Numbered from the stretch's first letter, positions 22,019 through 35,166 are shown. The stretch is 64,000 nt of DNA from Zygnema circumcarinatum SAG 698-1b (GCA_037447605.1 CM074808.1:1116001-1180000), one strand, 5' to 3'. A program made the numbers and translations. Notes: a model not told the origin generated them from the sequence alone.

Positions 22019-25000
22019 TCATCTGACCCTATCGACTGCTCGGAGCTTGACGACCACCTGCTCCGCCTCCGGCCGAGCTGAGGGGTCCCTATTAATACAG
22101 TCTTTGATAATTTGGACAAGTTTTAGGGCCCCGCCGGAAGGATATTTCCCGTGGAGTCTGCCGTCCACGACTCCACGAAGCTCGGGTCTCCGCTTTTCTA
22201 TGGTAGGCTTCAGCCGTTCCACGAGGTTTCCGCTCTTGGGAGATACACAATTTTGTCCGGTGAGAAGCTCCAACAGCAGCACTCCCAATGCGTATATGTC
22301 GCTCTTCCCTGAAAGCCAGCCTGCAGAATCAGGCTCAACACTGCTGGCTCCTCTTTAAAGGCTTCGGCGACCTTCACATGTGCTGAATACAGCTGAACCC
22401 TGATGCCTTAGCCACCGTAACTTCCGGAGCCCGGCACCATTCATTAGGTTGATTCCAAACTTCTTGACAGACCATCAGTCTTTCCCTTGAGAGTCCACCA
22501 TGAGTTTTACTGCCTGCGGTTACTGAAACCGGCGCATGGCCTCCTACTCAGCTATACCTTGAAAGCTCATGATTGTTGTGTTTCAGTGGGCATACCTGTC
22601 TCTGAATATGAAGGGTCCAGGTATCCCAGTGCTGCCATCACTTGAGTAGATGGGTGAGCTTCTCCTCCAGCCGGTCCAGCTTGCGCCAGCCCATAGTCCG
22701 TAATCTTGGCACGGAAATTCTGCATAGACAAGAAATGGCAGGAAAAGGTCCATGTCAATTATCGGTCACATGCCCTACATAGTGTGCATTACGGTTGTAC
22801 GCATGTGGGTTGAAACCCGCTGTTGTCTCTGCATGAAGGACAAATCACGGGAATAGCAAGGTCGTCCGTTTTTCCACATTAAGTTGATACTTGAAGCTTT
22901 AAGTGTATGAAGTCGAACATGACAACAATCAACAGAAAGAAAACGAATGACGAATGCCGCCATCCGTAAAATATCTCCTATAACCTCCTTAGTATAGAAT
23001 AAGGGTATCATTAATACCACAATAATCCAAATGAAGCATCACATACTTCATCCAAAAGAATGTTGGAAGCCTTCAGGTCGCGATGAACAGCTTCACTTTC
23101 ATGCAGCTGCACGAGGCCAACTGCTATATCCATGGAGATATCCATTCGTTGGTTCCATGTCAAAATTTCAACAAAATCACCTTCATCCCACAACACAAAC
23201 AGCACGGATCAGAACACCCGAGCGACAGCATACAGATATACAACTACCTGTATGCATATGGGGAGCATAAGCGGTACCATACACCGATAGCATATAGCTC
23301 GAAAAGGTCAATAGAAAACAAAGGGGCGAAAAAGGACAGCCTGAGAGTGCGAGTGTGTGTAAGGTTAGGGGATCCACAAAAGGGGAGAGTGAAAACATTT
23401 GTTAATGACTCGGAGGAAATGGAAGGGAGGAGGGAAAAGGTGTTCTGCACATCAATTAGAGATGCTGAAAAAATCCCATTATGTGATCTTAAGTAATTAA
23501 CTTTCTTCCATATTATTGTGAAGGGTTTCTCAAAAGAGGAGGAAGGGCTCACTTGCAAAAAGGATGTCGTTCAGACTGCCATTTGGCATAAACTCATAGA
23601 CCAGGCAGGCTTCACTCCCTTTCGCACAAAACCCAATCACCTTGATCAGATTTGGATGATGGAGTCCGCTGATCCTCCCCACGTCGTTCTGACAACACAA
23701 TGGCAGAGAATATGATTCACTATTATTTTACTTCAGGTGCTTGAGTTCACACATTGCCAAAAGCAAAAAACTCAGCCCAAGTTCTAGTTCAACGATGCAA
23801 CAACTTGCAGTTCAAGGAGGAGCAGCCAGACAGGAGGTCAAAATTTGAGAAACAAGAAGTAGCAGCGGCATTTAGATTATAATGGTTATCAAATCAATGT
23901 AACACTTTAGGTGCTTTGATGGCGAAAGTGAATTCTGGTGTATTCATTGATGTGCAAAAAAGCGCCATTCCTGAAGCACACAGTCTATAAGCACATATAG
24001 ATGAATCTATCTTGCCGAATATTCACCCCTTCATGACTTTCAAAAATTCAATAGTTCAACCAGCAGTTAATGTTGGCCATATTTAATTATCACTCAAGCC
24101 CACGAAAATAGTGTACACAGAAGGGTTGCGTACGAGAGGAACGGGCTCCAATGGAAGAAAACTGTTGCCGGTTCCGTAAACAACCTTTTTCATTTAGCAC
24201 ACCTTTGTTCCCAGGTAATCGCCATAATATTGAACCTCAGGCTTAAAAAATGGTAATCAGAACAACAAGGGCATGGGCAGATGTTAGCACGAGAATATCT
24301 TCTTACCAGCCATCCTTCATAACCTTGAAATGCGTCGAAGTTGAGACGCTTCACAGCCACGGGTATGCGAATGCCCCCACTTTCATCATCTAATGTTTTC
24401 CCAGGGGCGGTAAGGAACCCCTTATATGTCCGGTTCAAACCGCTCCCCCCCAGAAAATTCATAGCACTGAAGTTCTGTGTCGACTGCAACACGGCTTCAA
24501 GGCTGAAATGCAGAAGACCCGATGAGTGCAGCCGGGGAGTCTTATCCTCGGGGGCATCAGAGGCCTTCTTGGTTCCGTCATCTGAAAGTGAAGACCACAA
24601 CATGCATGTTTTCAGGCATCTGCGACGGGTTGGCCCATCGCCATACTATACTCAGTGCAACAAGCCTATGTTAATGCCGCTTATCCCTTCAACGCATTTA
24701 CATGAAGCTTTTTTTAACCTATGCATATAAACTAGCGTTTCAACCAGATTAGTATCATCCGGCATTAAATGACTTCACGGAATACATTAGCCAGGCATTG
24801 TTGCTGACCCAATGCAAGCAACCAAGATATTTGAGAGGGTTTACTTCGAAGAAATGGTAGATTCCATTTGGAATTGCCTCAGATTCTCTTTCTAAATTCG
24901 TTGATCTATCACAACCCATTTTAACTCCAGTTTTACAAGTCTCAAAGCCCGTTGCCACCACCCAACTGCAGTGCTATCTTAACGCTGACAGAATTTGTGT

Positions 25001-25570
25001 TAGAAAAATCGAAGCGCGCTAAAGTTTCAAACTGTCCGACGGCTCGATCCCAAGAATTTGTGAGCTGCAATGACTTGTTCAAAACGTCATTTGCGATGAT
25101 CATTCACTGCTCAGATGGCCAATGCATTTCAATCAACTGACTAAAGAATGATCATGTGAGAAATATATCTAAACGATCGGAATTCCACCGTTAGACAATT
25201 CCTTACATCATCTACTCAACCGAGATCCGGAAACGACTCAAGTTCAAAAAACAGATATGTATATATATGTATCTGCCATTCTCAGCAACAAAAAATTTCC
25301 CCGCCCGCAACCTTTCAGTATCAGAACCTGCCGCATTCCGTGCCCGAAAGAACACACATCACCTCTGCTACCTGTCCTGTCCTCATCCTTTCCAGACCGC
25401 AAACCGCAACAAATCCCGCTACTTCCGTCAGCGCTTCAAGTAGAGGAAAAATTCAGACCTTCTCCCTCATTGTCCGTTTCCGCTCCCTTCCTGACAAACC
25501 GCTGAGTCTGCTGCTGCCTCCACTCTCGAACAGAATGCACGCAGTCATACACAGAGTTCACCAAACCCAT
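22019..25570 (-). CDS. Receptor-like cytoplasmic kinase (RLCK-VII/PBL-like) with predicted N-myristoylation
   Basis: Seen: exon 1 MGLVNS... (ATG 25570) ends in a phase-1 donor GAAG|GTCTGA that fits acceptor TTCAG|AT near 24582. Kinase motifs: VAVKRL, VHRDLKASNILLD, AKITDYGLAQ, LGYLDPSY, KSDIYALGVLLLELLTG, DPSARP. No transmembrane segment is seen. Subfamily is inferred. Confidence 0.88.
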
Positions 25571-25768
25571 TGTTTCATCTCAGTTTCCGGCTCGCATTCT
25601 CTACCACCTCTCACCCTCGCCCCACCGTTCCAGCCTTCCTCTTCCCCTCCCTCCAAAGGCACCGCAGCTTCAATCCATGGCGCCCTCTCCTCAGTTGGGG
25701 AAGGACCGAAGGAGCCAAAGAAGACCGAGAGGAAACGTGGGTTTCCCAGTCTACCTTCCATGAATGAA

Positions 25769-25873
25769 CCAATCGAAGCTTGCCACGTGACCATGCTGTA
25801 CGACGTGAAAAGGTGTCAACCAATCGAGACTTTCCACGTGGGCATATTGTCCGACGTGGTGCGCTGTGATTGG
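25769..25873. promoter_or_regulatory. Three exact ERSE motifs (CCAAT-N9-CCACG) in the divergent RLCK / mitochondrial-carrier promoter
   Basis: Seen: 25769-25787 (+), 25820-25838 (+) and 25855-25873 (-), plus extra ACGTG cores and ATTGG boxes up to ~26022. Established: this is the NF-Y plus bZIP (ATF6/bZIP28-type) ER-stress element consensus. Function here is inference. Confidence 0.65.
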
Positions 25874-26304
25874 CCGCCGCGTGAAGGGTACCCTCCAGGA
25901 CCGTTTGCCGGCGGTCGGCGAGACCTCCCGGCGTCATTGGCGGCACATGCGAAGAAGACCTCCCATTGGCTGACGGAGCTTGACTCACCGTCCAAGTTGG
26001 CCAACCGGCGCGTGACTTTACGTGACGCGAGGTGCGGCCACATGGAGACCGCAGTTCAGCTCTGGTTGTATCGCACTGAGAACGGTTTACATGAGGTATC
26101 AGTTCGCTGTTGGAATTTTGGAAAATTATTTTCACGAATATTGTGGAACTGTGTGACATGTGAATGCCCTGCACCTGCAAGGCAGGAGCTTCCTTTGTAG
26201 GGGGAGGCTGGGAGAGGGAAAGCGCTCGCATCTGAGAGCAGGAGTGTGACAGCATATTGCAGGAATACGGAAGCGTCTCCTCCCTTTTTGCTGCTTGTTT
26301 TGGG

Positions 26305-29171
26305 ATGGATTCTGCCTCTTATCGACGCAAGCTTGTAGCTCGACACGGAGGAGCGGCATTGGCTGCTGTAGGAGCTGAAACGCTTGTCGGGTTTCCTTTG
26401 GAAACTTTGAAAGTTAAATTGCAGGTTCGCGACATTGCCTTTTGTTGCCAAATTTTCCCCTTCTGTTCTAAACTGCAACGTGTTTTGGACAGATTTTTTT
26501 CTGAGTGCAAGTGATGCCTATTCTGAAATTTTGTGATGGAATCTTTAGAAGAAACTGAGGAAAAATGGACAATGTTTCCAGGCGGAGAAGATGATGCACT
26601 CTTTAGGATAACTTTGCACAGAACGGGCTAGTAGGCAATAGTGGCTGGTTTTACCTTTCCTGAGGTGAAACTAACTATCATAAAGGCTGTGGTCGAAGGC
26701 TGTGATTTTTCAGAAAACTTCTGCTTGATGAGCTGTTCCTAAAATCTTAAGCATGAAGGCACGTGGTTGTAGTGATGGCTCTTCAGAAAACTACTTCGTT
26801 TCTTTCATTTTTTTGGTGAATGTGAAACTTCTAGGCCTGCCAAATTTACTTCGCGCGTTGCAAATCTCGGCCGTTCACAATTTCACAGTCGCCATGACTC
26901 TGTGAAAATTCTGTTTCCTTATTCGAGTCCGTCAAGAGTGTCTTCACATAATGAAACGTCCAAAACGTGAGGATTTCACTACGAGGAAAAATCTTAATCT
27001 TGCATATCCTCAATGATATGAATGTCAAGTTATAGCATTCTCTACCTTGAGAAACCTGTAAAATTTGGAAGTACTGCACAGTGTTCTACAGCTCACAGTC
27101 GGTGGGCGTGCCAGGAGGAGCCTGATGATCAGTTTTGCTGTGGCAGGTGGCTCCCAATTCCGGCCAACTTCTTTCCAACTACCAAGGCTTCGCTCAAATG
27201 GCTCCAAATTCTGGACTTTCAGGTGGTCATCGATCAGAGATAAGCAGGTGACAGAAGTCATCAGTCGACCTATGATGAACTGGGGAAACACGTAAATTTT
27301 CGTCTGTTGCATAACGCGTGAATTCCAAAATGCACATGCAGGAATTAAACTAACATCCATTTGTTAATCGCAGCTTCGTGATAGCTTTGTCGCCCAGCAG
27401 TTGTCCCACGTATAAGAACCAGCTTCAAGGAACGGGCCGATCTTGCAGATTGTAGAGTAAAACTGGCCTGCACCTACGGGATGGTTTTTCTAAGTGTGAC
27501 AATTATCTGTTTGCTGTCAGTTGAAAGCATTCTGGGAATTTCTTATTGCTGGTGTACTTCGGTGTTTGATGCACGAGGTTCTAAATATGCAGGAATTTAT
27601 CGAGGAGCCATTTTTCAATTGTTGGGAAGGCCACCAGCACTTGCAGCTCGTTACGGAGTCTATCGACTTGCATCGGCATTTCACCAAGGTAATGGAGGCT
27701 GTTCTCCATATATGAAGCACCTGAGAGAACTGCTGGGATGGTTGTCATGTTCTAACTTTATTTGACGTCTCTGTATGAGGTGCATGTACGAATGGCTCCA
27801 ATTCTAGGGCTCAAACCTTACAGTGTAGTTGACCTCAAAGGAGAACAAGTGATTTTGGGAGGGACACCGCTCTGATTTGTGATAATGTTTCTTGGTGAGT
27901 TGGGCCAGATGGTAGAGATGAGCTGTCACTGGATGTTCCGGCTGCATTTTTTGCTGGAGCTCTCGCAGGGGCTGCTGAGTCTGTCATTTGCGCGCCGTTT
28001 GAGGTGTTGAAGAACCGAATTCAAGCGGAAACTGCTTTTGTCCCTTTGTCTCCCGCCTCTTCTCCCTTCGCTATTGCTTCAACCTCAACCAATCCGTCAG
28101 CAGCATTTACATCACTAGGCTCCTCGAACAAGCTGTATCCTGGGCGAGGATGGTCCTGCTATCCATGGATGCCTGCTGGGGCTAGACCAGCTAATAGTGC
28201 GATTGAAGCCGTACAAGTGATGCGGAATTTGGAAGGATTGCGAATGCTGTGGACGGGATGGAGGCCGACTCTGCTGCGTGACTCTGTGTATGGTGGTGTT
28301 TTCTTTTCTGGTTGGTTGACGCTGCATCAGCTGGCAAAGGAGGTGGAGGCTCTTCAATCAGGAAAAGACATTAGGTGAGTTGAGCTCTTGAATATTCTCT
28401 TTCAGTGTTTGGAGAGGGACATGTCCTGGTTGGAAACTGGGATGGAAGTGATCTCCCATTCACCTTCGTCCTGCATCTTCACCCTTCGCTTGATGTGTTT
28501 GCAGGTATGTTGACAGGAGGAACGATGATGGGCCGGTTGCGAGCACCTTGGAAGCTGGGGTGGCAGCTGCAGTTGCTGCTATTGCATCCTACCCACTAGA
28601 CATGGCAGCAACTAGAAGACATACAACGGTCACTCCCAAGGTATGCGGTCTATAATAGTCAGCATTTGGTTACAAAGTATGCTTGAGGCCTTTCACAGGA
28701 GCTTTCCTCCTACGCATGCATCTTATCATTTGCACCGACAACTGGCGGTCTTGGTGACTGTGCTTGTCCCAGCATTCCCCATTTTTAGAATAGCTAGCAA
28801 CTGGTGCTCAAATCCAGATACCCTGTTTGAAATACGAGCTTGTGAGATATTCAGTTGTTTAGACAGAGGGAGAATAAGGACACATGACAGAGGTTTCCAT
28901 GTGATGCAGCTGCCAGTTACTTCTTGTGTTCAGTTCTGCTTTCTAAAAAGGAGATGGGTATGGGGTGTCTCGGCCAATGGCCATGCAGCATGTGCGGCTG
29001 GAAAGAACCATGTTGAAGATTGTGGAGAAAGGCAGCTTGGGGCAGCAAGTGTCTGCCTTGTTGCCAGGTGGCGGCGTGTACTGGCGCGCTCTCGCTCTGC
29101 GTTCTTTTCAGCACTTCGTGGCCACAGCAGCCCTTGTGGGCACATACCATTTTGCCCTGTCCCTGCGATAG
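26305..29171 (+). CDS. Mitochondrial substrate carrier family protein (atypical plant subfamily, substrate unknown)
   Basis: Seen: three carrier signature-like motifs PLETLKVKLQ, PFEVLKNRIQ and YPLDMAATR, plus LWTGWRPTLLRDSVYGGVFF; GT-AG exons; stop at 29171. Confidence 0.85.
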
Positions 29172-29582
29172 GGGCACCTTGTGGAAAACTTGTTGTGCAA
29201 ATTGGGGGCTATCAGATCTGGTAGCAACTGAACTCTTCGTTTTGTGGGTTCATATGCGCTCATGTTTATGTCCAGCACATCCAAGTGACAGCCATTTTTT
29301 TCGTTCTCAATCTCAAGTTATAAGTTTGGTATTGCAGTTAAAACATAACACCACACAACGGCAACACGATGTTGAAAAGCTAGATTTACAACATTGTGAG
29401 GACAGTAGGTCAGTTACTTTCACTAAAAGCTGCACATGAGACTCGGTACAATGAATAGACAATATCTGACCTAAACTTTACACGGAACAGAAGCAAACAA
29501 ATCACCACTTTAGATTTTATACGAGGCGGAACACGAGGCGAAGTGCCACCCCCTCTGCAATGAGGCTACTGCCGAGCCGAAC

Positions 29583-31772
29583 TCAGTCGCTGTACGGCAC
29601 ATAGAAAATTTCCTCCTGCAAGTCAATGCCCCTCTCCCCCCTCGCTCGCGCCTTGATGTCGGAAATAAGAGCCAGCATGTCGGCGCTTCTGGCCCCAGCC
29701 CTGTTCACCAGAAAGTTGGCGTGCACCTCCGACACGCTCGCCCCCCCAACGGAGTGGCCCTTGAGGCCCAACTGGTCGATCACAGCGCCTGCCGATGGGA
29801 GCCCGTTCCCCGGATTGCGGAATACACAGCCGGCGCTCTTATCCAACACAGGCTGTGATTTCCTTCGTCTGCGCACAGAAGTTCCCATATGATAGATGAA
29901 CTCGGGAGAAAAACGAAAAAGCGAAGCAAGGTGGTCTTCATCAAAGTGGGTATTGTGGTGGTTTTCTGTTCTCAACGAAGCAGTAGGAGAAGAAAAGGAG
30001 GACAAAAAAGCATGCGCTAATCTGGACGCGGAAGCTACCTGTTCATATACATCATCTGCCTCTCCCGCGCCCCGCTCCAGGGAGTGAGCTGGAAAGTAGC
30101 TGCAGTGATCACTGTGTGGCCACTCATAACTTGAAATGGGGAGTGTCTGTAGCCATAGGGAAGCTCTCCCCTGGACCGTAACAACGTCCTCCTCTCGCCT
30201 TCAAGTGAAACCACGTCAACAGACTGGAGGGTATCAGCAGTTTCCTGTTGGGAGAGAGAGAAAGCAGAGAGAGAGGGAGAGAGAGAGAGAGAGCAGGGTA
30301 GTGTCGGAGGGTGGATGCAAACAAGATTTCAGGTATAACACAACTTGCCATCCGCAACATTCTTATGGAATAACACTCGCCCTTTTGTCAATTGCACTAC
30401 ACGCGACTTCCATACTCCCATAGGACTGGTACTGACTCAAAATCAACAGTCTTACCCACTCTCACTTAATTCCTCAAACTCATATATTGGCCCAATCCTG
30501 CTGTTTCATGGGACCTTGTCAATAACCTTTCCTAAAGTCTATCCTCTTCAGAACTTTAGCTCCATAACTTCTCATACTTATACAGTTTCCGTTCCACCAG
30601 CGGCATACATGAGGTGAAAAGTATCTTTATTGTAACGTTAAAAGGACGCTGGCAATAGCAACATACCTGCTGGTCCGCACCGGCATTCATATAAACTGCT
30701 CCTCCAACAGTTCCTGGAATGCCGCAAGCGAACTCTAGGCCAGAAAATCCGCTTTTTGAAGACAAGACTCCAAGTTGATTAAATGGATAACCACTGCCAA
30801 CTTTGAATTTTCCTTCCGAATCGCTTTCCATGAAGTCAATCTTATTGAGGATAACACAGCCATCATAGCCACGGTCGTCAAAGAGACAGTTCGAGCCCTT
30901 TCCTAAGATGAATATGCGTATATGGTTTTGATTGCAGTACCTGATAAGGAAGAAAACAAAAACCAATAACATTAAATTGGCCTCATGTATCAGATAGCAA
31001 TAAGCAAATCAGGTCAAAAACCCCAAGGCGGTCTCCTTTAAATTGACCGCTTTCCTTTTTTTTTTTTTTTTTTTTGTTTTGGTCACTTTGGAAGTCCCCA
31101 GCGTAGTAGTCCAAGAGGAACCAATTGAGCATAATTCTTGTACATTGGCATCGAACTGGAGACATGAGTACAAAAGAAAGTATTTAAATAAGAGTTTTTC
31201 TTCCCCTTTTTGCATGACCCATCACTTTTTGTACGATTGTTCAATCGATTCAGATCGTATGATGTGAGACGGACGCACCTTAAAGCCTGAGTCATTTCTT
31301 CCTCGGTGTGCACTTCAATAAAGTACTTTGCAGGACCGCCTATTCCCCACGTGCAAACATCGCTAAGTAGCTTGCCATTGGTAAATTTCAGACGCTCCTT
31401 CGCATTCACAATTGATCCATGCTTTGAACTTCCTTCTCGCAGTGATGCACTGACGTTCCTACTCACTGTGCTAACCTCCATTCCATCATCCTCGTTCTCT
31501 TCTTCCATCAAGGAGGCATCCGACAGCCCAAAAGTATCCGTTAACTGAGTCGCATTCATAACCCTACCTCGAATCCCATCATTCGAGCTGCAAGATGACA
31601 CTGCAGTCTTCACGCGCAGAAGGAGTCGAGAATCTCCGCCACGAAGCCTCCCCGCATGCAGCCTTCTGCTGAAGGATCCATCCCCTACCGCCCCCCTCCG
31701 CGTCCTTCCAAGCCCTACCGCGTCTCCCTCCGCAGCACGAGGCCCCCCAAGCTGGCAGCGCGCGGCAGCCAT
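29583..31772 (-). CDS. murB: UDP-N-acetylenolpyruvoylglucosamine reductase (plastid peptidoglycan pathway) with N-terminal transit-peptide-like extension
   Basis: Seen: TWGIGGPAKYF, FILGKGSNCLFDDRGYDG, GLEFACGIPGTVGGAVYMNAGA, YGYRHSPF, SAGCVFRNP, GGASVSEVHANFLVN and LQEEI. Four GT-AG-bounded exons; A/R/G/S-rich N-terminus from ATG 31772. Confidence 0.95.
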
Positions 31773-32642
31773 GGCGGCCCCGCAAGTGCGGCGTCCGCCC
31801 CAATGCTTTGTCCCGCCTTTGGGCTCCGCCTTCCAAAAGCGATCACACCGCTTCCGTATGTATCTGTACGGCACATCCAAAACGTATTGTACAAATGTAC
31901 GGTATCGTACCCGACCGCATGTTTTGTCCATAGACATCGACCCATTGTCAGGTCTCCTATAATAGGGGGAAATTCGTCCTAATATAGAGGAATGTACCTT
32001 AAATTGGTTTGAAAATACAGTACAGTACCCGTAAATACGTCCTGTACGGACGGAGCCGTGCACGAGCGTGAAGTGCGCTGGTGAAGAAGTTGAAGGGCCC
32101 GAGTCGCAGCGTTTGGTCGCAAGGTCGCTGCTGGCAGGGAGGGAGGGACGCGGCGACAGGCCTTGGAACTAATCTCTAGCGTTGGCCAACACCATTACAA
32201 CGTGACTCGTTTTTCAAGGATGGAGGAGGACCCTCCCTTTGTTGTTGCACCAACAAGTAGAGTAGAGTAGAGTTCATACACATAGGATGACATCGCTATC
32301 GCGTGTGCAAATGCAATTCATTTCACCTTTTTTTTTACCAAAATGCCTTTTTAGGGCTTGGTATGGTATTTAAGGTTAAATCACTTCAACGAATCTCGTT
32401 GTGTCCCTTAAACAATCTATTTACGGCATTTAGGGGATATCCCCTATTTGAGGAGGCCTGCACATAGTGCGTCAGGCCGCGGCGCGGACGATTTGTCGAT
32501 TGCCTTAGCACTGTACGGATGATTGTACGAAAGGGTCCTTCCTGAGGGCTGCAGAAGGGATCCGGACAGAGCAGTGACCGCAAAGAGTGTGGGGGGAGAG
32601 GAGGAGGAGGAGGAGGAGGAGGAGGTGGTGGGCCCGGCAGCC

Positions 32643-35166
32643 ATGGCTTCCTCGCTCTCCGACCATTGCATGAACGCGCCGCCCCCCGTGAGCTTCCTCG
32701 CGACCGGAAAGGAGGAGCTTTGGGGCACGATGGATGTCTACGTGGCAGGCGCAGAGACCACCACGTCAGCTGCCATTGTGCTGATATCGGATATTTATGG
32801 TGTGTCTCTCGTCTGCCTCGCCAGGGTTTGCTTTGCTATTGTGATTATGCTGTGTTTCTGTTTAATTGAGCGATTCAGAAGAGCTCCATTGGGGCAGTTA
32901 AGAGTTCATGATGACTCAGAGTTTCCGGGCCGTGCTGTAAAAGCGGGGAAGGGAGGCAGTTTTTGAATATTTCTGAATGAAGGGGATTTTTTTCGATTCC
33001 CCTGCCTTCATCATCGTGAGTTGGCAGGTTTATTGTTCTGAACGATCATAATGGGACCATTTCCGTTCTGGAACCTTAGCTCTTTATTTTGCAATGCCCT
33101 GTCACCCTCCCACCTGAGTGGCATTTTGATTAGATCGATTGGATTACATGATTAGAAAACTCAAGCTCCCTAGCTCACAGCTGAGCACTGTTGCGTTTGC
33201 GTCATAATGCAGGATGGAAAATTCCCCAAATCCGGTGAGAACTAGTCAATCCACTTTGCCCTCTGCATTACAAACAGCTTATGTTAACCTTCATTTTTAG
33301 AAACCATACTGCCATGCATATAGTGCCCTCCAGAGAATTGGGCTTAGTGCTGTCAAAGGTCTTCCTTGCATATCTCTCACCACAACTCTGTTTCACAATC
33401 AACATATGGTTTTTTGCTGGATTTTTCAGACCCACATCACCCACATCACCCACATCACCCACATCATGCTTCACTCCCTGCCATTCTGGAAGCACTGCAG
33501 ATCTCGTGAGTTCTATCTTCACTTGACAATGTCATGTAACGCGTTGGTTCGTGTGCAGACAACTAGCAGACTGGTTGGCCGTGCAGGGCTTCGTCGTTGT
33601 TATTCCTGATTTTTTTCGCGGTGATCCTGCCACACCTGAGATTGACCGAAAAGCGTGGCTCGCGAAGCATCCTGCGGTGTGTATGATCTTTTTCACCGAT
33701 GGAAGCATCGAGAAGTCCAAGAGGGTGTATCAATTCACGCTCTGAAGTGAAGAAGCTTATTGATTTTGGTGATCAGTTGCACCAGGAAGGAAACTTCTCC
33801 GTCATTCATGCACCGTTTCCCTGCCAGTTTTCAATGTCAAAGAGAGGCTGCTCGATTTTATGACGGCAGGCAGCTAAAAGTTTGAAGGAGAGATAAGGCA
33901 GACTATAATCTGGAGGAGGGTCAGTCGAGCAGCTGACAGTACAAAACTGTGTGACTGCTGAATTCTGCAGATGGGCTGTGTAAAGGAAGCCCAGGAGGTG
34001 GTTGACAATCTCAAGTCAAAGGGGGTCCAATACATTGCAGCCACAGGCTTCTGTTGGGGAGGTAAGAGCACATTTCAAACTGGACACTTGTTGGGAGCCT
34101 ATACAAAGTGTGAGGTCCTTTTTCATTTGGATAGGCAATTTGTTTCATTGTGATTTGTGGTCATTTGAACACTGGTTGTGGGACTGCCGCAACCTTTACC
34201 TTCGATTATTTATTTGTACCTTCAAGCTGTGTCTTCCATACTCGAAAGCCCTCTATGAAGTGCAAGGAAATTATCGATTTGTGCCTCTTGCCTCGCTAAG
34301 ACACGTCTGTAAGAAGGGGTGTGTGCTGATCTGCTTGGAAATGCTGTGCAGGTAAAGTTGCGGTGAACTTGCTGAACCTCACTGCTATCGCAATATTGCA
34401 CCCCTCGTTTGTCACGGCGGAAGAAATTCAGGGTAGGCTTTTGCGATGCAACATCCACTAATAGAGTAGCCCGGCTCCATTGTGCTTTGTAAAGTCATTG
34501 TCTGAAGTGTGCCCGCATTGGGCACTCATTGTCTTGCCAGAGATTAATTATTCATGGTTCACTCGTTTCTGGATACTGGACTTGGTTAAGGTCATTTTGT
34601 TTCCTTTTTAAGCATTGCTTGCAAAACTGCACGCTACTTCACTGAGAATGCAGTTCACTAGTTGGAATGGAAACTGCAAGTTACGCACCTGTTTTATCGC
34701 TGTGAACGGATGTTTGTGAGCTTTGAGCTATGGAACGCTAGCTTGCAAACGCATTCGAAGTGAATTCACACAAAGTTCTGTTGTTTGATACAGCTGTGAA
34801 GGTGCCCATTGCGATTCTGGGAGCTGAGATTGACATGATGAATCCTCCAGAATTGATTGCGGCATTTAAAGAGGCCGTGGAAGCGAATTCAGAGGTAAGA
34901 GCAGACATGAGAACTTCCAAATTCTGTGTGCCCCTTTAAAAAGGTTGTACAGTTTAGCAATGTTGTGCAGGGTTCTGAAAGTCCGAAACTTAAGATACCG
35001 TCTGGTGTATTGTGTTCTGGTGCAGATCGCTCCGAAAAGCCTCGTGAAAGTATTCCCCGGAGTGAAACATGGCTTCTCGGTTAGGTATGACAGCAAGGAG
35101 GAGGAGAAAGCGGCTTTCGAGGCTCGACAAGACTTGGTTGCCTTCTTTAGCGAGGTTCTGGTTTAG
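32643..35166 (+). CDS. Dienelactone hydrolase family (alpha/beta hydrolase; plant 'endo-1,3;1,4-beta-D-glucanase-like')
   Basis: Seen: AIVLISDIYG, ADWLAVQGFVVVIPDFFRGD, nucleophile elbow ATGFCWGG, PIAILGAEID and VKVFPGVKHGFSVRY (catalytic His); stop at 35166. Confidence 0.9.
33431..33466. repeat. (CCCACATCA)4 tandem repeat in a DLH intron
   Basis: Seen directly: four perfect 9-bp units. Confidence 0.85.

Noticed and set aside
24917-24919. Alternative RLCK start MGCDRS...
   Set aside because: Exon 1 at 25570 gives an MGxxxS motif and a phase-compatible splice to the kinase exon; this ATG lies in the intron.
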